From an uncultured delta proteobacterium (lineage in GTDB: Bacteria > Desulfobacterota > Syntrophorhabdia > Syntrophorhabdales > WCHB1-27), in assembly GCA_963810935.1 (NCBI GenBank), contig CAWEPK010000008.1:736001-800000 (forward strand): a stretch of 64,000 nt of DNA. Direction: 5' to 3'. The translations under genes were made by a program, and so were the position numbers. Under the pieces are notes generated by a model, which was given only the letters and a program-made list of their open reading frames with translations, searched no databases and had not been told where the DNA came from. Below are positions 52,401-63,092 of the stretch, in pieces; positions within the stretch are counted from its first letter, which is position 1; every line of letters starts with the position of its first letter.

Positions 52401-53942
52401 TTGGAAGAATCAGCGATACGCCACATTTTAAAGACTTCGTTCGGCATCCAGTCCTTTCGTCACGGCCAATGGGAGATTATCTCATCGGTGTTGAGCAAAC
52501 GGGATACACTGGCCGTAATGCCGACGGGCGGAGGAAAATCCCTTTGCTACCAGCTCCCCTCTGTCTGTCAGAAAGGAATTACATTGGTGATAACGCCTCT
52601 CATCTCACTGATGAGGGACCAGGTGTCGGCCTTGAAGGCAAGGGGAATCCCTTCCGGATGTATCAATTCCGGCCAGGACGCAGCCGAAAACCGGCGCGTG
52701 TTTCACGAGCTCAGGGCAAGCGATTCATTCCTGCTCTACCTTTCTCCCGAACGAATTCAGAAACCCGGTTTCGACCGCTGGGTGAAAACCGCACCCATCT
52801 CGCTCTTCGCCGTTGACGAGGCCCATTGCGTGTCCCAGTGGGGACATGATTTCAGACCGGATTACGGCAGGCTCAATCTCCTGCGTACCCTGCGCCCGGA
52901 TGTTCCCATTCTCGCCACTACTGCGACGGCCACTCCGCAGGTTTTGAGAGACATCGCGAAACAACTTGCGCTTAACGCGCCAAGCCGGCATGTTTACGGC
53001 TTCTATCGCCCTAATCTCTATTACCAGGTCGAGTATTGCGACGACGAGGCAGAGAAGACGGCCCTTGTTCGGGAAGCGATAGACCGAACGCCTCAAGGAA
53101 GGATTATCATTTACGCAGGAACGCGGAAACAGTGCGAGAACCTCTGTGACGAGCTGCGGACGCGGTATCCCGGCGTTGATTATTATCATGCGGGTCTTTC
53201 AAGCGAAGAACGCGACTCCGTACAAGGCCGGTACAACAATGGCGCCGTCAGGATACTGGTGGCTACAAATGCCTTCGGCATGGGTGTCGATAGCCCGGAT
53301 GTGAGGCTCATCGTTCATTATCAAATGCCTGCCAATCTCGATTATTATTATCAGGAAGTGGGGCGGGCCGGCCGGGACGGAGAAGAGTCCACCTGTCTTC
53401 TGTTGTACGCAAAGAAAGACCGGAGCCTTCAATCATTTTTTATACGCGAAAGAGAAGCCCCGGCTGAAATTAAACAGGCACGCTGGAAATCTCTCGATGC
53501 CATCATTCAGTACGCCGAAGGCGGTGAATGCCGGCACGCAGGGATCCTCACTTACTTTAAGGATGAAAATCGGATTCAGTCGTGCGGCCATTGCGACGTG
53601 TGCGACCCCGGCTCTCCGAGAAGAGTTCCGCATAGCTTCACTGCACAGACACCGACCCGGAAGGGGAAATCGAAGGAGAAGAAATCTCGCATCGAAAGAG
53701 TTGCAGGCCCGATGAGTGCTGAGGAATCCGCCAGGATGAAGGCCATCAAGGACTGGCGGCTCGAATATGCGAGGTCCCAGGATATGCCGGCCTTTATAAT
53801 CTTCAGTAACCGGACGCTGGAAGACCTGGCCAGGAAGAACCCTGAAACATTAACCGGCTTGCAAGAAGTTTACGGACTGGGCCCCCAGAAGATTGAAGCA
53901 TTCGGCACAGAACTGCTCGAAATCCTCCGCGAGAATGCCTGA
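52401..53942 (+). CDS. recQ: RecQ-family ATP-dependent DNA helicase with HRDC domain
   Basis: MPTGGGKS, DEAHCVSQWGHDFRP, QEVGRAGRDG, Zn motif, PAFIIFSNRTL. Confidence 0.9.
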   Translation: MEESAIRHILKTSFGIQSFRHGQWEIISSVLSKRDTLAVMPTGGGKSLCYQLPSVCQKGITLVITPLISLMRDQVSALKARGIPSGCINSGQDAAENRRVFHELRASDSFLLYLSPERIQKPGFDRWVKTAPISLFAVDEAHCVSQWGHDFRPDYGRLNLLRTLRPDVPILATTATATPQVLRDIAKQLALNAPSRHVYGFYRPNLYYQVEYCDDEAEKTALVREAIDRTPQGRIIIYAGTRKQCENLCDELRTRYPGVDYYHAGLSSEERDSVQGRYNNGAVRILVATNAFGMGVDSPDVRLIVHYQMPANLDYYYQEVGRAGRDGEESTCLLLYAKKDRSLQSFFIREREAPAEIKQARWKSLDAIIQYAEGGECRHAGILTYFKDENRIQSCGHCDVCDPGSPRRVPHSFTAQTPTRKGKSKEKKSRIERVAGPMSAEESARMKAIKDWRLEYARSQDMPAFIIFSNRTLEDLARKNPETLTGLQEVYGLGPQKIEAFGTELLEILRENA

Positions 53943-53981
53943 AACCGATAAGCAAGCTATCTGTATTAGACAACCATCTTT

Positions 53982-54998
53982 CTACCGGGCAGCGAGAAAT
54001 GCAATCAGGTCGTATACGTCATCGTCGGACAGCTTATCTTTGAAGGACGGCATTAGCCTGTAGGGCGTCCGTAATTGCCTGTAAACATTCTCGGGTGTCG
54101 CCTGGCGGCCGCTCACCGGCAACCGGGATCGTTTAAACACCCCTTTCAGTCCGGGACCGGCTATAGTCTCCCTGCTCTCCACCGTGTGACAGGTCGCACA
54201 GTCAGCATTGAAGAGGGCCTGACCCCTTTTCACGCTCTCCGCATCCGTCCTTATCGGTACCTGTTTTGGCGGCTCTTTTGCCGGCTGCCCCTGGGGCGCT
54301 CCGGTAATCACGTTCACTATGTATGCGAAGAGGCGCCCCGCCTGCTCGTCGCTTATCCGCACTTGAGAGAAGGCAGGCATTAACCCTAGCCTCCCCGATG
54401 AAAGACGAGGATCGCGTATCCAATGCAGGAACGAAGGGAGATCTTCGAGCTGAGGTGAACCTCTAAGGGGATGAGCAGGGCTCGCAATGTTAGCGCCGTA
54501 AGGATGGCAGCCGCTGCAATTTCCACGAAAGATATGCTCGCCTGCGCGGTATTGGGGGCCACCGGGCGGAGTTCTCCCATCATACACAAGATTACCCCCG
54601 AAATACCCGAGCCCGATTACGGCGAGCAAGCTCAATACGTAGAGGGTAAAGCACGTTCCTGACATGGGCCTCGGATACCGGCCGACAATAAGAGCCACAG
54701 CCAGCAGGATTACGAGCAGACCCGCGAGGACCAGTTTTATCTTGACGGACAAAAGCCACCCGCCGGCAAAGAAATGCTGCCAATCGGCTATGCCAAAGAA
54801 GGCCGCTGCAAAGACAGAAACGAACGCAGTAGCCGCGCAGTAACGGGCAGCACGCCGCAGGTGATCGCTGCGCAGCGACAGCGACAGCAGCCCAAACAGG
54901 CAGGCACCGAATATCAGGCCTATCGGGATATGCGTAAACTGGGGGTGAAGTGGATGCGGGTACCCGATAGCTTCCAGCAGGGCGTATATACGATCCAT
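53982..54998 (-). CDS. DUF2231-like membrane domain + dihaem cytochrome c
   Basis: HPLHP.FTHIPIG, GYFGGNLVY; CSGCH and CATCH. Confidence 0.8.
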   Translation of the reverse strand: MDRIYALLEAIGYPHPLHPQFTHIPIGLIFGACLFGLLSLSLRSDHLRRAARYCAATAFVSVFAAAFFGIADWQHFFAGGWLLSVKIKLVLAGLLVILLAVALIVGRYPRPMSGTCFTLYVLSLLAVIGLGYFGGNLVYDGRTPPGGPQYRAGEHIFRGNCSGCHPYGANIASPAHPLRGSPQLEDLPSFLHWIRDPRLSSGRLGLMPAFSQVRISDEQAGRLFAYIVNVITGAPQGQPAKEPPKQVPIRTDAESVKRGQALFNADCATCHTVESRETIAGPGLKGVFKRSRLPVSGRQATPENVYRQLRTPYRLMPSFKDKLSDDDVYDLIAFLAAR

Positions 54999-55237
54999 CG
55001 GCTTCTTAGGAATCTATATTTTATGTTTAAGACCCGATACGGCAAACAGCAACCGAATTAGTCTGTTAACACAGGCAGTAGCCGATCTGATTGACAGCGA
55101 GGCGGGACATGCATAAGGTAATAACGTACATCCGTGCGTCTACTCTTCGGCAACCTGGTCCGGTAAGTTCTTCGGGCACTATTTGAAGACAACAAAAGAA
55201 AGTGGCGTTTCAACCGCATCAAGCGTGGAGAAACCAA

Positions 55238-56479
55238 ATGAAGCATTTCGTGAGATGTTTCTTCCTCTGGAGCGCTTTTCTTTGGGTCCTGGTCTTTGCC
55301 GGTTCTTCCGTCTCCCCAGGATGGGCCGCCAAGTGCAACTCCACCCCCCTCTCCCCTGGATTATACCACTACACGATCGACGGCCAAACGGTCGTTGTTC
55401 GCGTGCCTTCGGGCTACTCCGACCAGACGCCCACGCCGGTCCTTCTCGATCTACACGGGGCCGGCTTGAATGGAGATGCCGAGGAGCTGATATCCGGGTT
55501 CGCGCCCCTCTGCGACGAGCACAATTTTATCGGCGTCTGGCCGAGCGGCGCGAACGGACAATGGCGGACCGATATCAACAACCCCCCCACGGATATCCAG
55601 TACTTACTGGACGTTGTCGACTATATCCGGACGATTGCGAATGTAGACAGGAGCCGGATATACATCATCGGCATCTCCGAAGGGGCACAGATGACCAACA
55701 CAATGGTCTGCCAGGCCGCCGATGTCTTTGCGGCGGCAGCGCCCGACTCCTTCCCCCTGACCGAGACCATCGCTCAGTGCAGGCCCGTCAGACCGGTTTC
55801 GGTCATGGAATGGGCCGGTTACGAGGACCCCATAGTCCCGTACAACGGCGGAGGGACCCTGAATGTCCCCCCTGCCCCCCAATCTCTCCTTGAATGGTCA
55901 CAGATAATGGGCTGCACCGGCAATCCTGTCACGACCGCTCCGCCGGACGGCTCGGGGCAGGTTCAAACGTACGAGACATGCAGCGCAGGGACCGAAGTCG
56001 GACTCGGAAGCATACACGGCACCCACGGCCTTTACGCCCAGTTCAATATCCAGGAATATACCTGGGCCTACCTTACCAAGTTCACCCTGCCCCTTACCCA
56101 GGATCAGCTTAACGCGTGCCCCGGTGACCCGAGTCCGGCGTCCGGTGGGGGTGATGGAGGCGGCGGAGGGGGCGGCAGTTGTTTCATCGCGACGGCTGTC
56201 TACGGGTCTTACCTCCACCCGCACGTGGCCGTATTGAAGGACTTCAGGGACAAGCGGCTGCTGACGAATGAGCCGGGCAGGGCCTTCGTCAGGCTTTACT
56301 ACCGATACTCCCCTCCCGTGGCCGCCATGATAGATAGGCGCCCCGTTCTCAGGACAGCAGCCCGAGCCGGCCTCACCCCTATCGTTTGCGCAGTCAAGCA
56401 CCCCTACGGTGCGCTGACCTTCGCAATCCTGGCGGTGGGCGCCGTGTGGATAATTCGGAAGAGGATAACAAAGCGATAA
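55238..56479 (+). CDS. Secreted LpqC/PHB-depolymerase-like esterase with CFI-box-CTERM tail
   Basis: LHGAG, GISEG nucleophile motif, DPIVPY; Gly linker then CFIATAVYG..V.VL..FRD..L...GRAFV.LYY.YSP. Confidence 0.85.
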   Translation: MKHFVRCFFLWSAFLWVLVFAGSSVSPGWAAKCNSTPLSPGLYHYTIDGQTVVVRVPSGYSDQTPTPVLLDLHGAGLNGDAEELISGFAPLCDEHNFIGVWPSGANGQWRTDINNPPTDIQYLLDVVDYIRTIANVDRSRIYIIGISEGAQMTNTMVCQAADVFAAAAPDSFPLTETIAQCRPVRPVSVMEWAGYEDPIVPYNGGGTLNVPPAPQSLLEWSQIMGCTGNPVTTAPPDGSGQVQTYETCSAGTEVGLGSIHGTHGLYAQFNIQEYTWAYLTKFTLPLTQDQLNACPGDPSPASGGGDGGGGGGGSCFIATAVYGSYLHPHVAVLKDFRDKRLLTNEPGRAFVRLYYRYSPPVAAMIDRRPVLRTAARAGLTPIVCAVKHPYGALTFAILAVGAVWIIRKRITKR

Positions 56480-56865
56480 GGTGGCCGTACGGAAGCCCGA
56501 AGGACCGTGTGCCCCCTGCCGTTGATAATCGATGCCCCCTTGTTCTTCAAAGTTATTCTATGTTGACAATTGACAGTTCGTCAATACGTACATACGTTTA
56601 GAGTCAGACCCATTCTAATAGGGAGTTTCAGAAATTGATCCGACTCTCTATTTGGGCATAAGTCCTGATCGATATAACGGAAAGAACAAAACAAAGGAAA
56701 CCCCCGATGTGGAGCGAGCCACTTCCGAGGGTCGGGGTGAAGCGGAGGCCTGCGAGCCGACGGGTATCGCCGGGTGGAGGTGTATGCCCGAAAAGCGCGC
56801 CGTAGCTGCTTGCCGGTCAGACGGCGGACACGACGGGCAGCATTGCTACTCCGGAGGGGCATCGC

Positions 56866-57850
56866 TTGAACGCTCTTGTAACGGGCGGAACAGGATTTAT
56901 TGGTAGTCACCTGGTGGACTCTCTCGTGAGCGCGAACTGGGCCGTCCGCTGCCTCGTGCGTAGAAACAGCGGCGGCGCCTCCTGGCTCCGAGGGCTCCCG
57001 ATCGAGCGTTGCTCCGGGGATTGCCGTTATTCGACGTCGCTCCGGGAAGCAGTAAAGGGGGTGGATGTCATATTCCATCTGGCAGGCGCGACCAGTGCGC
57101 TCGACGCCCGAACATATTTCGAGGTTAATGCGGTTGGAACCGACAACCTTTTGAGCGCCTGTGCAGAATTCAACCCGCACGTCAAAGCGTTCGTCTACGT
57201 TTCCAGCCAGGCTGCAGCCGGTCCGAGTGCCGGAGTTGCCTGCACCGAGGCGGACCCGTGCGCTCCCGTGTCCGCCTATGGACGCAGCAAACGGCGAGGC
57301 GAGGAGCTTGCCCTGGGAATGTCCGCAAAGATTCCCGTTGTCGTCATCCGGCCTCCCGCCGTATACGGACCGAGGGACCGGGGCCTTCTCCCATTGTTCA
57401 AGCTTCTCTCATGGGGCATTCAACCACGCCTTGCCCGAAGGGGCCAGCGCTTCAGTCTCTGTTACGTGGAGGACCTGAGTTCGCGGCCTGCTGCTTGTCG
57501 CTGAAAAGGAGGAGGCCCGAGGAGAAATTTTCTTTCTTTCCGACGGGAAGGACTACGGTTGGAAGGAAATAGGCGATGCCTTCGCCAGGGCTGCCGGACG
57601 AAGGGCGACCCGGGATTTTACGGTCCCTGAATCCTTCATCCGGACATACGCCGCCATCGCCGATATGGTCGCGACAGTAAGGCGCAGGCCGGCGCTCCTC
57701 AACAGTGACAAAGTGAAGGAAATGGTCCAGCCGGGCTGGGTTTGCGATAACGGCAAATCGAGAAGATTGCTAGGTTTTGAGCCGCGCGTGACCCTCGACG
57801 AGGGCGCCCGGCTGACTTTCGGATGGTACAAGGAGGCAAAATGGCTTTAG
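56866..57850 (+). pseudogene. NAD-dependent epimerase/reductase, CerR-like; frameshifted near 57478
   Basis: GGTGFIG, SSQAA, YGRSK, VYGPRD; reading continues VRGLLLVAE...WYKEAKWL in the next frame. Confidence 0.8.
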
Positions 57851-59056
57851 AAAACGCTCGGTGCACTTATTCACCAGTAGACTTGTTCGACAAATGTGCC
57901 GGAATGAACGAGTTCGTTCGTTCGTTACGAGAGAGCGGTTGCTATTTTTTCTTCAGGAAGATCGAGTCCGCACAGGATACGGAGGTCACGATCGACGGCC
58001 GGCGGGTCATAATGGCGGGTTCCAATAATTATCTCGGCCTGGCGAGTCATCCCCGCGTCAAGGAGGCGGCTATCCGCGCTGTGGAGCGATACGGCACGGG
58101 CTGCGCGGGCTCGCGCGTCTTGAACGGCAACCTTGACATCCACGAGGAGCTGGAAAGCAAGCTGGCCAAGTTTTTCCGCAAGGAGGCAGCCCTGGTCTTT
58201 GCCGCAGGATACCAGGCGAACCTTGGCATCATTTCCGCGCTGGTCGGCAGGCAAGACAGCGCCGTCATCGACAAATACGACCATGCGAGCATCATTGATG
58301 GATGCCGCCTTTCTTTCGGCAAGGTGAGAAAATTCGATCACAATAATATCGAGGACCTCGCCAATGTTCTCCGTAACGCAAATAGCGGCGGCTGCCTGAT
58401 TATTGTAGACGGCGTCTTCAGCATGGAGGGCGATATCGCCGACCTGCCCGCGATTACGAAACTCGCTAACGAGTGCGGGGCGCGGGTGATGGTGGACGAT
58501 GCACACGGCATCGGTGTTCTGGGCAAAGGGGGAAGGGGCACGGCCGAACATTTCGGCGTGGAAGATGATGTCGATCTCATCATGGGGACGTACAGCAAAT
58601 CGCTGGCCGGAATCGGGGGCTTCGTCGCCGGGGCGGCCGACGTCATCCGGTACATCCGCCATGTCGGCCGTTCAATGCTCTTCAGCGCCGCCCTGCCGCC
58701 GCCGCTCGTCGCGGCAGTGAGTACCGCCCTGGATATCGTCGACGAGGAACCGGAGCTCCGGGAGCGCCTGTGGAAGAACACCCGAAAGATGCTGGAGGGA
58801 TTCAGAGAGATGGGTTACGACATCGGCCGCAGCCAGACGCCTATCATCCCGATCATCATAAAGGACAACGCCAAGGTGTACCAGATGTGCCGGCTCCTTT
58901 TCGAGCAGGGCGTTTTTGTCAACCCCGTCATTAGCCCGGCGGTCCCCCCGGGCGAGAGCCCTGCGCACGAGCTATATGGCGACGCATACAGATGAGCAGC
59001 TCGACCGTATCCTGGAGGCCTTCCGCACAGTGGGCAGGCAGGTGGAAGTAATCTAA
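57841..59056 (+). pseudogene. spt: Serine palmitoyltransferase (alpha-oxoamine synthase family); frameshifted near 58960
   Basis: GSNNYLGL, GSRVLNG, DDAHG, GTYSKS; C-terminus LRTSYMATHT...VI* is in another frame; lies between cerR- and cerS-like genes. Confidence 0.75.
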
Positions 59057-59078
59057 AAGAACAGGAGGGTTGTGAGCG

Positions 59079-60196
59079 ATGGGTAATTTGGCCCTATGCG
59101 AGGCGACCGAAGAAAAAGAACGCATGCTTTTCGTCCGGTGCCCGTGGGATATTTACTCGGGGGACCGCTACTGGGTCCCGCCGCTCATACGGGAAACCAT
59201 CGCCAAGATCAGTCCTAACCACCCCTTTTATTCCCATGCCGACCTGTCGCTCTTCATTGCGAGGAAAAACGGCCGTGTTGTCGGCCGTGTTGCGGCCATT
59301 ATCGACCGCCACTACCTTGAGTTCCATGGCCGTAAGACAGGGTTCTTCGGGTTTTTTGAATCTTTACCCGATCCCGATATCGCCCCGGCGCTCCTGGAAG
59401 CGGCGCGGCACTGGCTGAAGGAGCGGGGCATGGAAGAGATGGCCGGACCCATGAACCCTTCGACAAATGATGAATGCGGCCTGCTGGTGAACGGTTTCGA
59501 TTCCAGCCCCTGCTTCATGATGCCCTACAACCCGTCTTATTATCCAACGCTGCTGGAAGACTACGGCCTGCGCAAGTCGATGGACCTGCTGGCTTATGTG
59601 GTGGAGGAGCCGTCACGCGGGTTCCGTCGTCTGGAAGCTCTGGCGGAGCGCATCCGCCGAAAGGAGCCGTCTCTCACTGTACGGCCTGTCAATCTGAAAC
59701 GTTTCGATGAGGAGTGCAGAAGGTGAGAGACATCTACAACCAGGCATGGAGCAAGAACTGGGGGTTTGTGCCGTTCACTGATGCCGAACTCGAGTATGCG
59801 GCCGCTAATTTAAAGCAATTGATTGTCCCGGACCTCTTCCTGTTTGCCTACTTCGGAGAAGAGCCCATCGGTTTCTCCCTCACCATGCCCGACTACAACC
59901 TTGCCCTGAAACGTATGAACGGGAATGCCGGTCTGCTGGGGACGCTGCGGTTTCTATATTTCTCGCGGAAGATCAGAAGCCTCCGGGTCATGCTGCTCGG
60001 CATAAAGCATGCTTTCCAAAAGAGGGGCGCCGAAGGGCTGCTCATTCTGGAGACGTTCCTGCGGGCCATGGCACGGGGCTACCGGAGCGGCGAATGCTCC
60101 TGGATTCTGGAGGACAACCTCCTCATGCAGCACGGGATCGAGGCGGTGGGCGGAAAGCAGTACAAGACGTACCGCATTTATCGAATGCCTATTTAA
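59079..60196 (+). pseudogene. Bacterial ceramide synthase-like GNAT protein; frameshifted near 59713
   Basis: WVPPL, GRVAA, FFGFFE, GPMNPS..GLLV.GF..MPYNP.YY; second half WSKNWGFVP..ECSWILEDN..KTYRIY. Confidence 0.8.
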
Positions 60197-60354
60197 ATAT
60201 CCTGCTGCAAGCAGCAGGATATTAAAGCAAGCGTAGCGCGGCGCCGAGCGGGGAGGCTCCGCGAGCTTTGCTCGTGGAGGGGGTGCTGAACCCCAATAAT
60301 TGTCACGGAGCGAAGCGGAAACATCGATCTCCCTGCAGCAAGCTGCAGGGAATC
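60196..60354 (-). repeat. Composite REP-like locus H: GCAAGC hairpin + REP copy + GCAAGC hairpin; uninterrupted IS110 target
   Basis: AATATCCTGCTGC-AA-GCAGCAGGATATT; AAAGCAAGCGTA..GAGCGGGGAGGCTCC..CCCCAATAATTG; TCCCTGCAGC-AA-GCTGCAGGGA. Confidence 0.85.
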
Positions 60355-60427
60355 CACAAGTTGAACAAAGACCGACATCGGTTTATTGCGCAACGAACGA
60401 ACTAACGACCATGAGGCTATTTGGGAA

Positions 60428-61744
60428 ATGGTCCCGGTAATTCACAAGCCCATGAATGCCACTGAAGCCCCCGCGCGCTATCCGGCGCTCACGCTGGACC
60501 GGATGCTGCACCTGGCCCGCCACCTGCACGACGGGCAGAGCCGATACCTCGTCACCTTTTCCGGACGCCTCGATACTGAGCGGATAGCCCGGGCCTTCGA
60601 GCTGAGTCTCGATGCCGAGCCTGTCCTGGGTTGCAGGTTCGTCGACCACCCCTGGCGCCCGTACTGGGAACGGCTCCCCTGCGTGAAACGGGTCTCCCCT
60701 CTTTCGATCGTGGAAACGGATAACGAGCATTCAGTGCACGCCTGGCTGGGGGCCCCTCTCGACGCTTCAGCGGGTGTCCAGGTCCGCGCGTCTCTTTTTA
60801 GGAGGTCCACGGAAAAACTCGCAGTCAAACTGAGCCACGAAGCGGCCGATTTCGGAGGGTCGATCGATTACCTCGGTATCCTAAGCACCATTTACCGGGA
60901 GTTGCGGACCAACCCCGCATACGTTCCCCGGCCGCGGACAGCAAGGCTTGGACAGGGCCCGGTGCTGCGCGGCGCGGGCTTCCGCCAACTGCTGCGAGGC
61001 TGCTTTCATTTCTCGGCCCCGAACGCGGGGATTGATTTCGGGGTCTCCGCTGACGGGATTGGGGAGCCGGCCTTCGCCGAGCGTCACCTCGAGCCTGACG
61101 GTTTCCTCCGCATTCGGGAGTACTGCCGCACGCGCGGGACCACAATAAATGAAGTCGCCCTGGCCGCTTTTTATCGCGCCCATTTTCAGGTCTTCGCGCC
61201 CCCGGCTGGTGCAAAGCTGACTATTCCGATCCCGGTAAACCTTCGCCGTCACCTGCCCGCTGACAGCTCGGCGGGCGTCTGCAACCTCCCGGCGATATTC
61301 TTTGCGGGGGTGAAAGATCAGCGCTTCGATGCCCTGGCCGCGGATGTTCGCCGGCTCATGGCGTCCGCCCGCCTCAACACGCCCTGGCTCGGGCAAGCCG
61401 TTCTGGTCGAGCTGATGTTCCTCCTGCCGTACGCTCTCCTTCGGTGGATAGCCAGGCGGCGTATACCTCGCCAGATCGCATCAGGGAAGATCTATCCTTA
61501 CATCTCGAACGACGGGATCATCGACACCCGCCGCTTCGATTTCGGAGATCCTGCGATATGTGACTTCGACACATGGGGCCCGGTGCCCAACCACCCGCTT
61601 CCCACTATCTCCGTTTACTCGGTCGGCGACAAATTAAAGACTTCGATAGCGACCCGGGACCGGCCGAATGGCCGTTGGGCGGAGCGTCTCCTGGACGCTT
61701 ATATGCGAGAATTGCCGGGGCAAGCTCCCCCGGCAGCATCTTAG
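60428..61744 (+). CDS. Condensation-domain / CoA-dependent acyltransferase-like protein (paralogue 1)
   Basis: FSGRLD.ER, HEAADFGG (HxxxD), TINEV.LAA, PVNLRR, N.G.ID; start could be 60386. Confidence 0.8.
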   Translation: MVPVIHKPMNATEAPARYPALTLDRMLHLARHLHDGQSRYLVTFSGRLDTERIARAFELSLDAEPVLGCRFVDHPWRPYWERLPCVKRVSPLSIVETDNEHSVHAWLGAPLDASAGVQVRASLFRRSTEKLAVKLSHEAADFGGSIDYLGILSTIYRELRTNPAYVPRPRTARLGQGPVLRGAGFRQLLRGCFHFSAPNAGIDFGVSADGIGEPAFAERHLEPDGFLRIREYCRTRGTTINEVALAAFYRAHFQVFAPPAGAKLTIPIPVNLRRHLPADSSAGVCNLPAIFFAGVKDQRFDALAADVRRLMASARLNTPWLGQAVLVELMFLLPYALLRWIARRRIPRQIASGKIYPYISNDGIIDTRRFDFGDPAICDFDTWGPVPNHPLPTISVYSVGDKLKTSIATRDRPNGRWAERLLDAYMRELPGQAPPAAS

Positions 61745-61754
61745 GACAGGGTGC

Positions 61755-63092
61755 ATGAACGCTGAATCCAGAGAAATGCACAAGGCCATAAAAGCCACGG
61801 AGGCCCCCAGACGCTATCCGGCGCCTGCGCTCGATCGAATTCTGCACCTGGCCCGCTGCCTGCACGACGGGCAGAGCCGAAGCGTGGTCACCTTTTCCGG
61901 CAGCCTCGATACGGAGCGGATGGCCCGCGCTTTCCGACTCAGCCTCGATGCCGAGCCTGTCCTGGGCTGCCGGTTCGTTGCCCACCCCTGGCGCCCGTAC
62001 TGGGAACGGCTCCCGGATGCGAAGCTGGTCTCCCCCCTGTCGGTCGTGGAAACGGGAAGCGAGAATTCACTCCACGACTGGCTGGCGGGTCCTCTCGATG
62101 CTTCAGCGGACATCCAGGTCCGCGCTTGCCTTTTTCGGGGTTCCAAAGAAAAACTGGCTGTCAAGCTGAGCCACGAAGCAGCCGATGCGAGCGGCATGCT
62201 CGACTACCTCAACCTCGTCGCCGCTATTTACCGCGAGCTGCGGACCAATCCCGGCTACGTTCCCTTGCGACGGGAAGGAAGGCTCGGGCAGGGCCCGGTG
62301 CTGCGCAGCGCCGGCTTCCGCCAACTGCTCCGGGGTTGCCTTCATTTCTCCTCCCCCGGCCCGGGGGTCGATTCACCTGTCGAAACGCTTGGGGAGCCGG
62401 TCTTCGCCTTGCGCCGCATAGAGCCTGAAACCGTCGCCCGCATCCTTGAATACTGCCGCAAGCATGACGTAACGGTCAATGAAGTGGTTTTGGCCGCCTT
62501 CTATCGTGCCGAATTCGCGAGGTCGGCTGCACCGCCCTACACGACGCTCACGATTCCGGTCCCGATCAACCTTCGCCGGTTCCTGCCTGCGGGCAGCAAG
62601 TGGGGTGTTTGCAACCTCTCGGCGGTCTTCTTTGCGGGTATGAGAAATCAGAGCTTCGACGCCATGGTTGCATCTGTTCACCGGCTGATGGCGTCCGCCC
62701 GCTCCGATACGCCCTGGCTCGGGCAGGCCGTGCTGCTTGAGCTGATGTTCCTCCTGCCCTATGCCGTTATCGCACGTCTGGTCAGGAGGTCGATACTCCG
62801 CCAAATTGCATCCGGAAGGCTCTATCCCTACATCGCGAATCACGGGATTATCGATACGGCCGGGATCGATTTCGAAGGAGTCCCGGTAAGCGATTTCGAA
62901 ACGTGGAGCCCGGTCCCCAACCACACCGTCCCCATGCTCGGCGTCTATACGGTCGGCGGCGCACTCATGGTGGCGATGGTCACCAGGGACCGGCCGAACG
63001 GCAGGAAGGCAGACCAGTTCCTGGACGCTTACTTAAAAGAGTTGCCGGGCCAATGTTTCCCGACCGCATATAAGGAGAGGGATACCGCATGA
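61755..63092 (+). CDS. Condensation-domain / CoA-dependent acyltransferase-like protein (paralogue 2)
   Basis: HEAADASG; colinear with and highly similar to paralogue 1. Confidence 0.8.
   Translation: MNAESREMHKAIKATEAPRRYPAPALDRILHLARCLHDGQSRSVVTFSGSLDTERMARAFRLSLDAEPVLGCRFVAHPWRPYWERLPDAKLVSPLSVVETGSENSLHDWLAGPLDASADIQVRACLFRGSKEKLAVKLSHEAADASGMLDYLNLVAAIYRELRTNPGYVPLRREGRLGQGPVLRSAGFRQLLRGCLHFSSPGPGVDSPVETLGEPVFALRRIEPETVARILEYCRKHDVTVNEVVLAAFYRAEFARSAAPPYTTLTIPVPINLRRFLPAGSKWGVCNLSAVFFAGMRNQSFDAMVASVHRLMASARSDTPWLGQAVLLELMFLLPYAVIARLVRRSILRQIASGRLYPYIANHGIIDTAGIDFEGVPVSDFETWSPVPNHTVPMLGVYTVGGALMVAMVTRDRPNGRKADQFLDAYLKELPGQCFPTAYKERDTA

Noticed and set aside
57841..59056. bioF/kbl assignment
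   Set aside because: The GTYSKS motif and the position between reductase and GNAT genes fit Spt better; no bio genes are nearby.
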